NCBI GenBank assembly: GCA_048887225.1 | Contig: JBHLJY010000004.1 | Location: forward strand, 96,001 to 160,000 | DNA from: Candidatus Hodarchaeota archaeon | GTDB taxonomy: Archaea > Asgardarchaeota > Lokiarchaeia > Sigyniarchaeales > SOKP01 | Direction of reading: 5' to 3' | DNA length: 64,000 nucleotides | In this document: piece by piece, positions 1 through 10,560 of the stretch | Layout: every line of letters starts with the position of its first letter | Numbering within the stretch: the first letter of the stretch is position 1 | The notes under the pieces: model-generated | Databases searched by the model: none | The model's input: the letters and a program-made list of their open reading frames with translations, nothing else | What the model was told of the DNA's origin: nothing | Program-made: the position numbers and the translations under genes

Positions 1-451
1 ATTTTCCTCCATTTTTTAGCCGCCAAATGCTATTAATAATAAACATTGCGTAAGTTTCATGAGAATTTATTTTTCCGTATATTTTTCTTAATTTTTCTTT
101 ATGATTACGGATATACACACTAGCTTTATTAAGATATGGAGGATTTCCAACAATAAAATCATATTCATTGTAAGAATCTGGATACATTGCTATTAATGTA
201 TCTTGGGCTTTAAATGAAACATTTAATCTCTCAATATTTTTTTTATAATCTGGATTAATATCAAAAGAAGAAATTTGCTCTGATTTTATTCCAATTTCCA
301 ATAATTTTTTAATAAAAATACCTGGACCTACACAAGGATCTAAAATTTTCTGGTTATATTCAATTGGACCTAATCTTGAAATAATATATTGGGCAGTTTT
401 TGAAGGAGTTAAAACAGCTCCAAACTTTTTATTTCTAAACTTGATTACTAT
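1..451 (-). CDS. N6-adenine DNA methyltransferase (N-terminal part; runs off window start)
   Basis: Manual translation: KFGAVLTPSKTAQYII...ILDPCVGPGIF (motif I)...IVGNPPY (motif IV). In-frame TGA at 454-452; start uncertain (ATA 451, ATC 445, or out-of-frame ATG 458). Not in ORF track. Confidence 0.8.
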   Translation of the reverse strand, partial: MVIKFRNKKFGAVLTPSKTAQYIISRLGPIEYNQKILDPCVGPGIFIKKLLEIGIKSEQISSFDINPDYKKNIERLNVSFKAQDTLIAMYPDSYNEYDFIVGNPPYLNKASVYIRNHKEKLRKIYGKINSHETYAMFIINSIWRLKNGGK

Positions 452-587
452 TCAACATAATTTATTCTTTAACTATAATTTATTATAATTTGCTAACCTT
501 TTATTTTTAAATATGTCCTACTTAATATTTATGAGGTAGGACTTAATACCAAATAATTTCAATAAAAATTATTTAATTTAACTAGCA

Positions 588-2138
588 ATGACAAATCAAA
601 ATAAAATCAGTATTGATGTAGGTTCTCCTAAAAAGCCTATTGATCCTATGATATATAGTAATTTTATCGAACATTTAGGGGAATGCATTCATAATGGTTT
701 ATGGGCGTATGATCCTGTCAATGTCCCATTAGTTAAGGAAAATCCGTTCTTAATAGGGATGAGACAAGACATTTTACAAGCGTTAAAAGATTTGAAACCT
801 TCGGTCTTGAGAGCGTTCGGAGGTTGTTATTCTGATGTTTATCATTGGAAGGACGCAATTGGTCCAAGAGATTCACGAAAATTTGTTAAAAATTTGTTTT
901 GGGGTGTTCAAAAAGGAGCACCAGAAGAAATTGGACCTGATATCGAAAATCAATTTGGCACCGACGAGTTTTTAACGTTATGTGAAGAAATTGGTGCCAA
1001 AGCTTACCTTAACGTGAATTATGGTACAGGAACACCTGAAGAGGCAGCAGATTGGGTAGAATATTGTAATTGCTCTGTTGATACCGAATATGGTGCTTTA
1101 AGAGCGAGAAATGGAAGAAAAAAACCTTATAATGTCGAAATTTGGGGTATTGCGAACGAAATTTATGCTTTTTGGGAAGTGGGATACGAAAAATTTCCCG
1201 AGAATTACGCAAGGAAATATCTTAAATTCGCAAAGAAAATGAGAGAAAAAGACCCAACAATTAAATTGGTCGCTTGTGGATGGGAAAATTCGAAATGGAA
1301 TTGTACCCTTTTAAAAAATATAGGTGAAGAGTGGGTTGATTATTTAAGTGTTCATCGATACTTTCCTTATTATGCTGGTAAGAGAAAAGGAAATAGCCAT
1401 CCAGATAATCAAAAATGTTATCACGCATTAATGGCATCAAGTCCTTTAATTGAAAACTTTATAAACGATACATGGAACGATATTGTTGCTGCATTGGGGA
1501 AAGATACTCACGTACGTATTAATTTTGACGAATGGGGCGTATGGTATTTAGCGAAAGATGTAATAAGAACTAATTATAATTTACAAGATGGAATCTGGAC
1601 GGCAATAATTCTAATGACTTTTCAAAAAATGTCAGATAAATGCCCTATGGCTAATTGGGCTCAGTTAATTAATTGTATTGGGACAATCCAAACAGATCCA
1701 GATGGATTAATCTTGACTCCAGTTTATTTAGCGTTCAAACTCTTTGTTGATCATACTTATAATAATTTAATTGAAGATGTGAACGTTAAATGTGAAGTAT
1801 TCGATTCAATGAAATTTGGACGTATCCCGAAAGCAACTAATGTTTCGTATATTGATTGTAATGCCACTATTAACGATGAAGGAGATAAATTATCGATATT
1901 GATTATTAATAAATATTTAACAGAAAAATTAAACGCCCTTCTTGAAATAAATGGATTCGTCCCTAAAGAACAAGGAGTCCTTGTAGAACTTAAGAGTCAA
2001 TCTCCATTTGATTATAACACAATAGAAAATCGTAATAAAATTAAATTAGAACAAAAAAACATCGAAGGGATCAAACCTAAAATGATGCTTGAACTACCAG
2101 CACATTCAGTTACGGTTCTAAAATTAAATAAAAAATAA
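588..2138 (+). CDS. Alpha-L-arabinofuranosidase, GH51 family
   Basis: [37 protein letters not shown] (acid/base Glu), FDEWGVW (nucleophile), NWAQLIN. Confidence 0.9.
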   Translation: MTNQNKISIDVGSPKKPIDPMIYSNFIEHLGECIHNGLWAYDPVNVPLVKENPFLIGMRQDILQALKDLKPSVLRAFGGCYSDVYHWKDAIGPRDSRKFVKNLFWGVQKGAPEEIGPDIENQFGTDEFLTLCEEIGAKAYLNVNYGTGTPEEAADWVEYCNCSVDTEYGALRARNGRKKPYNVEIWGIANEIYAFWEVGYEKFPENYARKYLKFAKKMREKDPTIKLVACGWENSKWNCTLLKNIGEEWVDYLSVHRYFPYYAGKRKGNSHPDNQKCYHALMASSPLIENFINDTWNDIVAALGKDTHVRINFDEWGVWYLAKDVIRTNYNLQDGIWTAIILMTFQKMSDKCPMANWAQLINCIGTIQTDPDGLILTPVYLAFKLFVDHTYNNLIEDVNVKCEVFDSMKFGRIPKATNVSYIDCNATINDEGDKLSILIINKYLTEKLNALLEINGFVPKEQGVLVELKSQSPFDYNTIENRNKIKLEQKNIEGIKPKMMLELPAHSVTVLKLNKK

Positions 2139-3794
2139 AGCTCCATCTTTCGCCGAAGAAACGTGAGTTCTGTAAAAATTTAAATATCCTCTTTTTATTT
2201 TAGGTTCTGGTTTTTTCCATTTTTTTAATCTATTGTTTATTTCTTCATCAGAAATCAATAAATTTAATTCACGCTTTTTAATATTAATTTCTATGAAATC
2301 TCCATCTTGAACTATTGCTATAGGTCCACCTTCTATTGCTTCCGGACATACATGTCCAATACAGGGTCCTCTAGTTGATCCCGAATATCTACCATCTGTA
2401 ATCATCGCAATGGAATCGCCTAATCCCATACCAATTAAGATTGCTGCCGGAATGGATAATTCCCTCATCCCAGGTGAACCTTTAGGTCCCTCATAACGTA
2501 TAACTAATACATCGCCTTCCTTTATCTTGTTAGACATCAAAGCATCATTTAAGTCCTCCTCGCATTCGAAAACTTTAGCCGGACCTTTATGATGGAGCAT
2601 TTTAAGATTCACTGCACTTTGCTTAATAATTGCTCCTTCTGGGGCTAAATTTCCTTTTAAAACAGCAATTCCTCCTTCTTTTTCTAATGGATTGTCAGGA
2701 TTTCGAATGATTTCACTTTCTTTTATTTCAATATCTTCAATGTAATCACTTAATCTCATTCCTAAAACATTAATTGTAGATAAATCTAAAAAATTTGATA
2801 ATTTTTTCATTAAGGCACCAACGCCTCCTGCCTTATGAAAGTCGGTGAGGTTGAAATTTGAAGCTGGTTTAAATTTAGCGAGTAATGGAACAGATTTACT
2901 TAAGCGCTCAAAATCAAAGTGGTTTAATTCCTCACCAATTTCATGTGATAATGCGCACATATGAAGTATCATGTTAGTTGATCCCCCAAATGATAACGCA
3001 ACCTTACAAGCATTCTCGATAGATGTATGAGTTATTAGATCTAATGCTTTGGTTCCTTTATCGACTAACTCGACTATAATATTTCCTGTTTTTTTGCTTA
3101 TCAGCTCTCGTTCTCTTCCAATTGCGCTTAATGTAGCACATCCCGGTAAAGAAAGGCCCATTGCTTCAACGATACATGCCATAGTATTAGCAGTTCCCAT
3201 CATATTGCAAGCTCCTGGAGAAAAACAAGTTTCGGACTCAATAATTTGGAACTCTTCTTTAGTAATTTTTCCAGCTTTATACAGACCTATTGCTTCTTTA
3301 ACATCACATGTTACAAAAGTTTTTCCTTTTAGAGGTCCATCTTTAAAAATCTTAGGCTCCATAATACCCCCGGTCATGAAAATAGTAGGAATGTTACACC
3401 TCGTTGCTGCTAATAACATCCCTGGTATTATCTTATCACAGGAACAGAGCATAACCATTCCATCAAAGCTATAAGCTTTAATTGTGCATTCAATTGAAGC
3501 TGCTATAATTTCCCGCGACGGTAAAACGTATTTGGAGAAATTTCCAGAATTAGCGATTCCATCGCAAATCGCAATGGTGTTAAACTCCATCGGAGTCCCT
3601 CCTGCTTCTTTCACTCCACTTTTAACAAATTTACTCAATTTTCGTAGATGAGAATGGCCAGGATTAATCTCATTCCAAGAATTAACAATTGCTATTCGAG
3701 GCTTTTTTAAATCTTCATATGAATATCCACAACCCCGATACAACGCTATTTCATACGCCTTTCTATAATCTAAATCATTATTTTCTGATGTCAT
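2124..3794 (-). CDS. ilvD: Dihydroxy-acid dehydratase, IlvD/Edd family
   Basis: [57 protein letters not shown]. Confidence 0.9.
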   Translation of the reverse strand: MTSENNDLDYRKAYEIALYRGCGYSYEDLKKPRIAIVNSWNEINPGHSHLRKLSKFVKSGVKEAGGTPMEFNTIAICDGIANSGNFSKYVLPSREIIAASIECTIKAYSFDGMVMLCSCDKIIPGMLLAATRCNIPTIFMTGGIMEPKIFKDGPLKGKTFVTCDVKEAIGLYKAGKITKEEFQIIESETCFSPGACNMMGTANTMACIVEAMGLSLPGCATLSAIGRERELISKKTGNIIVELVDKGTKALDLITHTSIENACKVALSFGGSTNMILHMCALSHEIGEELNHFDFERLSKSVPLLAKFKPASNFNLTDFHKAGGVGALMKKLSNFLDLSTINVLGMRLSDYIEDIEIKESEIIRNPDNPLEKEGGIAVLKGNLAPEGAIIKQSAVNLKMLHHKGPAKVFECEEDLNDALMSNKIKEGDVLVIRYEGPKGSPGMRELSIPAAILIGMGLGDSIAMITDGRYSGSTRGPCIGHVCPEAIEGGPIAIVQDGDFIEINIKKRELNLLISDEEINNRLKKWKKPEPKIKRGYLNFYRTHVSSAKDGALFFI

Positions 3795-3903
3795 TGTTAA
3801 AGATATTTATTTTCCAGTAATTTTACTATATTCTAATTTACATACAAAATATTTAAATTTGATAAATATAAACTTAATTAACAATCAAGCTTTCTTTATT
3901 TCT

Positions 3904-5019
3904 ATGTTAAAAGTTGGAATAATCGGGACTGGAAGGATTTTCGACTTAAATGTGCTTGGTTATTTGAATAACAATGATGTAGAAATAATTTGTTTATGTA
4001 ATCGAACCGTCGAAAAAGCCTTAAAAAAAATCAAACAATTTAACCTAAATAAATCTACTCCAGTTTATTCCAACTATAAGAAAATGTTAAATCAAGAAGA
4101 ATTAGACATTGTAGAAATTCTTTTACCTCATAATCTTCACGCTGAAGCAACAATCTTTGCTGCTAATGAAGGGATAAAAGGAATCTCTGTTCAAAAACCT
4201 ATGGCACTTTCGTTAGAGGAAGCTAATCAAATGATTGAGGCATGCAACGAATCGGGGGCAATCCTTTCAATTTACGAGAATTTTCTATTCTTACCTCATA
4301 TTCTAAAAGCAAAGGAACTTATTGACCAAGATTATATTGGAGATTTGTCATATATAAGAATTAAAGTAGCTATGGGTGCCACTGGTGGTTGGAATATTCC
4401 AGAAAGTGCGGATTTATGGAGAAAAGATCCAAAAAAAATAGGTGGTCATCCGAATCGAGGTTCTCCCATATTACTGGATAATGGGTGGCACGCTTTTACC
4501 TTAGGTTGGTGGTTTTTCGGAGAAGAAATTGAAAAAGTGTTTGCATGGGCAGATAACTACCAAGGCATTGATGCTCCAGCTTATGTAATGTGGAAATGTA
4601 AAGAAAATAAAGAACAAGAGCACGTTGTTCCTCAATATGGCAATATGGAATTTTCATTGATGCCAGAAATGGTGATTCCCTCGAATTATTATAATACTGA
4701 TGAGTTTATTGAAATTATTGGAAGTCGTGGTATAATGAAAATTAATCAAGGAACGGCAATGGGCAATATAATGTCAGATTCAGAAATTTTTGCTCCAATT
4801 GTAATTGTCAGGGACGGTGAAGTAGAAACTTACTCTGATTTTGAGAAAGATTGGAAGTATAGTTTTATTAATGCTACTAAACATTTTATTGAAGTTGTTA
4901 AAGGCAATAAAAAACCAATTTTATCTGGTAAACAAGCAAGATATATTTTAAAATTAAATTTAGCTGCAATTCAATCAGTAGAATTAGGCAAAGACGTATA
5001 TCTTGTTGATATGAATTAG
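3904..5019 (+). CDS. Gfo/Idh/MocA-family NAD(P)-dependent oxidoreductase
   Basis: KVGIIGTG Rossmann motif, LLPHNLH, VQKPMA; start moved to ATG 3904 by comparison with paralog 5569-6825. Confidence 0.85.
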   Translation: MLKVGIIGTGRIFDLNVLGYLNNNDVEIICLCNRTVEKALKKIKQFNLNKSTPVYSNYKKMLNQEELDIVEILLPHNLHAEATIFAANEGIKGISVQKPMALSLEEANQMIEACNESGAILSIYENFLFLPHILKAKELIDQDYIGDLSYIRIKVAMGATGGWNIPESADLWRKDPKKIGGHPNRGSPILLDNGWHAFTLGWWFFGEEIEKVFAWADNYQGIDAPAYVMWKCKENKEQEHVVPQYGNMEFSLMPEMVIPSNYYNTDEFIEIIGSRGIMKINQGTAMGNIMSDSEIFAPIVIVRDGEVETYSDFEKDWKYSFINATKHFIEVVKGNKKPILSGKQARYILKLNLAAIQSVELGKDVYLVDMN

Positions 5020-5040
5020 TTTTTAATTTTTGTTTTAAAT

Positions 5041-5562
5041 CTACTTTTCATATAAATATTTTGAAAAATACAAAAAATCAACGAATTCTTCTTCTTTTTT
5101 CATTAGACCATTAAACAGGCATCCAAATTCGTTAAAGTCATATTTTTTCAACAAATTAATACTAGCTATGTTATCTGCAGCAACTTCAGCAACCATTATT
5201 TTAATTGTACTCTTCTCTTTTGCTTCAATAATTAAGTTCTCCATAAGCCTGGATGCTACTCCTTTTTTTCTAAAGTTAGAGTGAACTATATATCCAATAT
5301 TAACGATATGGCTCAAACGGCCTTCAGAACGTGGGATAGAAGATATGTGTCCAATTAATTTTTGCTTATATAAAGCAATTAAATATATTGTATTGGGGTG
5401 CTCAAAGTATGTATCAATAAATTGCCTGCTCTCTTCGTTTGAAATCTCGTTTTTTTGAGCCAAAAAATGGGATTCTCTGATAACTGAATTTAGGAGATCT
5501 AAATTTTCATCGTAGTATTTTGTAGTTAATGGCTGAATTTCTAAATCTTCTATATTAAACAT
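5041..5562 (-). CDS. GNAT-family N-acetyltransferase
   Basis: VHSNFRKKGVASRLM acetyl-CoA motif A; NIASINLLKKYDF. Confidence 0.85.
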   Translation of the reverse strand: MFNIEDLEIQPLTTKYYDENLDLLNSVIRESHFLAQKNEISNEESRQFIDTYFEHPNTIYLIALYKQKLIGHISSIPRSEGRLSHIVNIGYIVHSNFRKKGVASRLMENLIIEAKEKSTIKIMVAEVAADNIASINLLKKYDFNEFGCLFNGLMKKEEEFVDFLYFSKYLYEK

Positions 5563-5568
5563 GTAAAA

Positions 5569-6825
5569 TTATTGCTCAAATTTATAAATAAATTTCTTAT
5601 GCTTTAAACCTTTTTTTATCCCTTTTCTTAAATCTTTCATTTTTCTTAGATAAAAATTAGTTAATCCACTCTGATCTGCTTTAATTGGTTCCTCAACTAC
5701 ACATGACCGATTTTCTTCATTCTCTGGGGTAATTTCTTCCCATAATACGGATCTATTTTGTTGTTGCGAAATATAAGGCATTTTGGCAAAAATACATAAA
5801 TTTTTTCCTTGTTCCCCATTATAAATAGGTTCACCCCCATGTTTCGTCACTTTAATAAAATGTTCTGTAGAATTTATGAAAGAGTATCTCCAATCTCTAG
5901 GTAAATCTTCTCCATAAGTTTTTACTTCTCCATTGACATAGACGACAATAGGTGGAAACTGAGGGCTTTTTGAAAGGAAATTACCACCAGCAGTACATTG
6001 ATTTATCCACATCATTCCCTTTGTTCCAGATATCTCAATAAATTCGTCGCATTCGTAATAATTGCTTGGATAATATAAGTTTGCTGAGAAATTGAATTGC
6101 ATTGAGCCATATTTAGGTGGATCTTCGGGATTTTTACTTGGATATTTCCAAAAAATAGTATTAGGTGCTTCCATAACAGCTGTAAAATAATCAATCCAAC
6201 TATACACTTTTTCTACTCTTTCCTCCCCCATTAACCAAAGTGCCATAGAAAATTTATGAATGCCGTCATCGTAAATCAATGGACCACCCCCGCACATATC
6301 TACTTTAATCCGCCATGTGAGAGATTTGAGGTCTCTTGGCATACCGGGACCTCCCGTTAAAACAGTAATAATTCGAAAATTTAAAAGATCGCCAATTATC
6401 TTTTGATCTAGTAAATCTTTTGCTCTCAGATAAATTGGATAAAACCTGAAATTCTCATATAATTTTAATTTCGCATTTTGTTCTTCGCAAACCTCAATCA
6501 TTTTTACGCAATCCGTAATCGTGTGTGCCATTGGTTTTTGAACTGATATACCGGGGACACCAGCATTAGCACAGTATTTTGTCATAGGGTAGTGAAGGTG
6601 ATGAGGAGTTAAAATTTCGATTATATCTAAGTCTTCTCTATCAACCATTTTTTTGTAATCTGTGTAGGATTTTGTGGTTCTCAATCCCCAGCGCTCTAAT
6701 TTTTCGGCAATTTTTTGCTGATTAACGTCGCACACAGCAACTAGCTCCGTATCTGGAGAATGCAAATAACCAAGCACATTCAAGTTTGCTATATCCCCAG
6801 TTCCAATAATTCCAACTCTAAGCAT
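5569..6825 (-). CDS. Gfo/Idh/MocA-family oxidoreductase (paralog of 3904-5019)
   Basis: RVGIIGTG, LTPHHLH, VQKPMA, ENFRF, DDGIH. Confidence 0.85.
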   Translation of the reverse strand: MLRVGIIGTGDIANLNVLGYLHSPDTELVAVCDVNQQKIAEKLERWGLRTTKSYTDYKKMVDREDLDIIEILTPHHLHYPMTKYCANAGVPGISVQKPMAHTITDCVKMIEVCEEQNAKLKLYENFRFYPIYLRAKDLLDQKIIGDLLNFRIITVLTGGPGMPRDLKSLTWRIKVDMCGGGPLIYDDGIHKFSMALWLMGEERVEKVYSWIDYFTAVMEAPNTIFWKYPSKNPEDPPKYGSMQFNFSANLYYPSNYYECDEFIEISGTKGMMWINQCTAGGNFLSKSPQFPPIVVYVNGEVKTYGEDLPRDWRYSFINSTEHFIKVTKHGGEPIYNGEQGKNLCIFAKMPYISQQQNRSVLWEEITPENEENRSCVVEEPIKADQSGLTNFYLRKMKDLRKGIKKGLKHKKFIYKFEQ

Positions 6826-6891
6826 AATTCAATTTAAAATAAATAGTTAATACTATTAATTATATTTCTTTTTTAACATATGCTCCAATTT

Positions 6892-7977
6892 TTAATTCGG
6901 CACATTTATTGGATAAGTGCCATAATCCCTCCTAATATTCTGCATTGCTTCAAATCGGTCCACTGTAACGGCAGGATTAATACTGTGTCCCGAACTAAAA
7001 ATGTACCCTCCTCCTGGTGCTAACTCACGAATTAACCTTTTTGCATAAGTTTCAATTTCTGAAATCTCTCCCAATGCTAACATGACGGGGCTTAGATTCC
7101 CGGCAAACGTTAATTTATCACCATATTTTTGGTATAATTTGAAAATATCATATTCGGGATTTGCAGTTGTGGGTTCAATAGGATTCAATACATCGACACC
7201 GCATTTTATAATATCCTCGAAAATTTCTAATAAATCCCCATCAGAATGCAGCATAATTTTACAATCTTGCTTATGAGCAGCATCACATATTCGTTTTATC
7301 CACGGAAATATATATTTTCTATAATTTCTTGGAGCCATAAAGAGCCCATTCTTAAAACCATAATCATCCCATAAAAGGACCATTTTTGCGTCGTTTTCAG
7401 CCAGAATTTTTACCATCTCTAGCGTAAATTTGCCTCGATCATCAAATACTTTTTTCACTTGTTTAGGTCGAGCTAATAATCTTGAAAAATTTTCTAAACC
7501 GAATCCCTCCCACGTACATTCCATTAAGGATCCAGTTGCAGGAATTGAGAATACTTCATTTTTCATTTCTTTTTGGACTTTCTTTCCTATTAAAAAGTTA
7601 TCCATGCGTGCTTTTAAATTGGGATCTGGCCGCTTGAAACTCTCGTAATCTTCAAATGTTTTAAACGATCCCCCATGATATGCCATTATTTGCGTTCCGT
7701 CTTTATATGGTTCCATTTTCATTATCCGCCCATACTCGTCTATAAATCCTTTTCCCCCTTTAAGAAATGTTCTAGGATATAAACTAACAAAACTTAGAAC
7801 CAAATCTATTCCAACTCTACGAGAAAATTCGTAATAACCTTTATAAACTCCGGCACGGCGGGGATCACATCCATAATGCTCAATAATTGTATTATTTACA
7901 AAAGCGCTCTCGAAGGCTGGAACTTTATCGGGTTCTTCATGATTTACTGATGTCAATACTCTTTCTTGGGCATCCAT
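6892..7977 (-). CDS. Uroporphyrinogen decarboxylase-like / MtaA-CmuA-like protein
   Basis: ERV...HEEPDKVP, LWDDYG, LHSDG, LNPIEP, FAGNL, GGGYIFSSGHSI. Confidence 0.8.
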   Translation of the reverse strand: MDAQERVLTSVNHEEPDKVPAFESAFVNNTIIEHYGCDPRRAGVYKGYYEFSRRVGIDLVLSFVSLYPRTFLKGGKGFIDEYGRIMKMEPYKDGTQIMAYHGGSFKTFEDYESFKRPDPNLKARMDNFLIGKKVQKEMKNEVFSIPATGSLMECTWEGFGLENFSRLLARPKQVKKVFDDRGKFTLEMVKILAENDAKMVLLWDDYGFKNGLFMAPRNYRKYIFPWIKRICDAAHKQDCKIMLHSDGDLLEIFEDIIKCGVDVLNPIEPTTANPEYDIFKLYQKYGDKLTFAGNLSPVMLALGEISEIETYAKRLIRELAPGGGYIFSSGHSINPAVTVDRFEAMQNIRRDYGTYPINVPN

Positions 7978-8014
7978 TTATAATCTTATCGTTAATCTCT
8001 TAAGAATTCATTTA

Positions 8015-9466
8015 TTAATCAGTACCTTTATCTTGTCCGTACCAATGCTTCATTTGACTAATGAGTTTTTCAATCTCCTCTGATGATCTATCTTCTAAAA
8101 GAAGATCCCCTCTTGCATCTTTTTTAATTTTTTCAAATAATTCTGTAGTAATATCAGAGTTATCATCAGCGATATTTTCATTCCACTCGGGATCTTTCGA
8201 TAAATCGAATAGTTTTCTATGTGATTTATCATTATAAGTGATCAGAGCGTAGCGATCGTCTTTATACAAAGTACAAGTACCAAATCCACATGTAATATAA
8301 TCGCGATTCTCTATTAATTGATCCCCATCATCAAGCAATATTGAAAGATCTATGCCATCGAACACTTCTGGCTTCTTTTTTTTCAAAAATCCGAATATAG
8401 TCGGCAAAATGTCATGGTCATAGACATACGATTCTTTAATTCTTTTTGGACCATTTAGATTACCCGGTGGCTTAATCATAAAAGGAATATCTACAAGTTC
8501 TGGATACATATACATTGGAATTTTACCAGTAGCATTATGCTCTCCAATACTATGTCCGTGATCGCTTATTAAAATAATTAAAGAATCATCGTATTCCCCT
8601 ATATTTTTTAATTCTTTAATAAAATAACCAAACCAATTATCGCACATTGAAACTTCTCCAGCATAAGAGGCTCTCATATATTTTAATTCTCCTTCGGTAA
8701 GATACTCTATTGTTTCACTATAAGCGGGTTGAACAACCTTTTTTCCAGTATAATTCTTATCGACGTATAAATCGAGATATTTCTGAGGGGGGTCCCAGAC
8801 CTCGTGAGGATCGAATTCATCAATAACCGCCATTGTATTTTTAATCCTTTTAGTATCTTTAACAAATTCAATTGCTTTTTTAAAAGTTTGCGCAGGAAAA
8901 TAATCCTCCTCAGTCTCTCTATCTTGCATATTACTAAAATAGGTTTTTAACATATAAGTTTGATAAGCTTTTGCTAAAGGATTTTTACTGGCTACATATT
9001 CTTTAATGATCTTATTAAGTTTCGCTCCTCCTTCTCTATATCCTACTCTTAATTTATCCTTTTCATGGCCTCTAATTAAATTCCATTGGTCAAATCCAAG
9101 ATGGAAATTCATTCCCGGTTTGAACTGATGGTAAGTACTAGTTATAAAAGAAGTAATGAACGTGAAATTTCTCATATATTCTGCCAGATGAGTCTGATGT
9201 GGAGGTATTGGGTGCCATCCAGGGATTTTTACTATGTCATCAGATCTAAGTTTTGGCCTTTTATGATTAAAAGGAAAAGTACGAATTCCTGTATGTACGG
9301 CCCGACGCTGTGGAATAGTAGGCAAGGATTCACTATAAGCTTTATCAAAGACGATAGAATCTTTTGCAAATTCGTCAAAATTTGGAGTTTTTATCCAAGA
9401 ATTACCATAGATTTTGCCTGTATGGTCTTTTCTCAAGGTATCAAAAATTATTAGGAAAATCTTCAT
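8015..9466 (-). CDS. Sulfatase/alkaline-phosphatase superfamily hydrolase
   Basis: IFDTLRKDH, TPNFD, PTIPQRR, FDPHEVW, SDHGH. Confidence 0.85.
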   Translation of the reverse strand: MKIFLIIFDTLRKDHTGKIYGNSWIKTPNFDEFAKDSIVFDKAYSESLPTIPQRRAVHTGIRTFPFNHKRPKLRSDDIVKIPGWHPIPPHQTHLAEYMRNFTFITSFITSTYHQFKPGMNFHLGFDQWNLIRGHEKDKLRVGYREGGAKLNKIIKEYVASKNPLAKAYQTYMLKTYFSNMQDRETEEDYFPAQTFKKAIEFVKDTKRIKNTMAVIDEFDPHEVWDPPQKYLDLYVDKNYTGKKVVQPAYSETIEYLTEGELKYMRASYAGEVSMCDNWFGYFIKELKNIGEYDDSLIILISDHGHSIGEHNATGKIPMYMYPELVDIPFMIKPPGNLNGPKRIKESYVYDHDILPTIFGFLKKKKPEVFDGIDLSILLDDGDQLIENRDYITCGFGTCTLYKDDRYALITYNDKSHRKLFDLSKDPEWNENIADDNSDITTELFEKIKKDARGDLLLEDRSSEEIEKLISQMKHWYGQDKGTD

Positions 9467-9761
9467 AATTAGTTATATTTCCGTTCTTTTTTTGTTGATT
9501 TAAATTCACAAATAGATAATCAAATAAATTAGTAAAAAAATATTAAATCTTTGTTAATACAAAACTGTAAGTATCCGTTTATATGTTATGAATATTAATA
9601 AGCTTTACAAATCCCATATCGATAAAGAAATTAATTTTTCTTAATAAAACTTGGAATGGTTTTTATACCTTTTAATACTATTCTTGATCGGATTTTCTTT
9701 ATTTATTAAAAATTTTTCAAAAAATTAATAAAAAATTTATTAAAAATATTTGGTTTAAAAA

Positions 9762-10520
9762 ATGGAATTTTCTATTGAATCTCTATTAATTGACTTGTTA
9801 CTCGTATTGTTGACATATGGCTACATCTTTCTGACTATTATAATTCCTGTGCAATTAAAAAAGAGAGACAAAATTTCAAAATTCACAGCTCGTAAAATGG
9901 TTCATTTTCTTGCAGGCCTAAGCGTTTTGATTACTCCCTTTTTTAATTTTCCATATTTCGCAATTTTAATTGCAGGTTCTTTAACTGTTTTAACATATTT
10001 TAGTTCGAAAGAATCTAAAATTAAACAATTGAAAGATTTATACGATTCTATTGGCGAAGAGGCTGAAGAAAAGTCTGGTCGGCTTATGGGGCCATTCAAC
10101 TACTGCCTTTCAATCACAATTCTAATGACAATATTCGTCATATTTGCACCTCATCAATTATATTTCCCAATTGCAGGAATTCTAATAATGATTGTTGCCG
10201 ATACTCTTGCCTCTGTAGTAGGAAAACATTGGGGAAAAATACCGATACACCTCCCATGGACAAGTACCAGAACTGTTTTAGGTTCAATAACGATGTTCGG
10301 TGCAGCTTTCTTGTTATGTGTAGGTTCGTTTTGGTATTTTGGTATTTTTAATCCACTAACACAGACTCCATTAACCTGGGATATTATTATTCTTTATTCG
10401 ATAATAACTGCATTATTAGCGACTTTTATTGAAATCGCCTCGCCAAGCACATGGGATGATTTAACGGTTCCAATCGGTTCAACTATAATAATTTACCTTT
10501 TGACTTTTATATATTTGTAA
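9762..10520 (+). CDS. SEC59/phytol-dolichol kinase-like membrane kinase
   Basis: Multi-TM; ARKMVHF, ADTLASVVGKHWG, RTVLGS, WDDLTVP. Confidence 0.8.
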   Translation: MEFSIESLLIDLLLVLLTYGYIFLTIIIPVQLKKRDKISKFTARKMVHFLAGLSVLITPFFNFPYFAILIAGSLTVLTYFSSKESKIKQLKDLYDSIGEEAEEKSGRLMGPFNYCLSITILMTIFVIFAPHQLYFPIAGILIMIVADTLASVVGKHWGKIPIHLPWTSTRTVLGSITMFGAAFLLCVGSFWYFGIFNPLTQTPLTWDIIILYSIITALLATFIEIASPSTWDDLTVPIGSTIIIYLLTFIYL

Positions 10521-10560
10521 ATTCTTAATTTTTTTTTATTTTTTATTTCTGAACAAAAAA

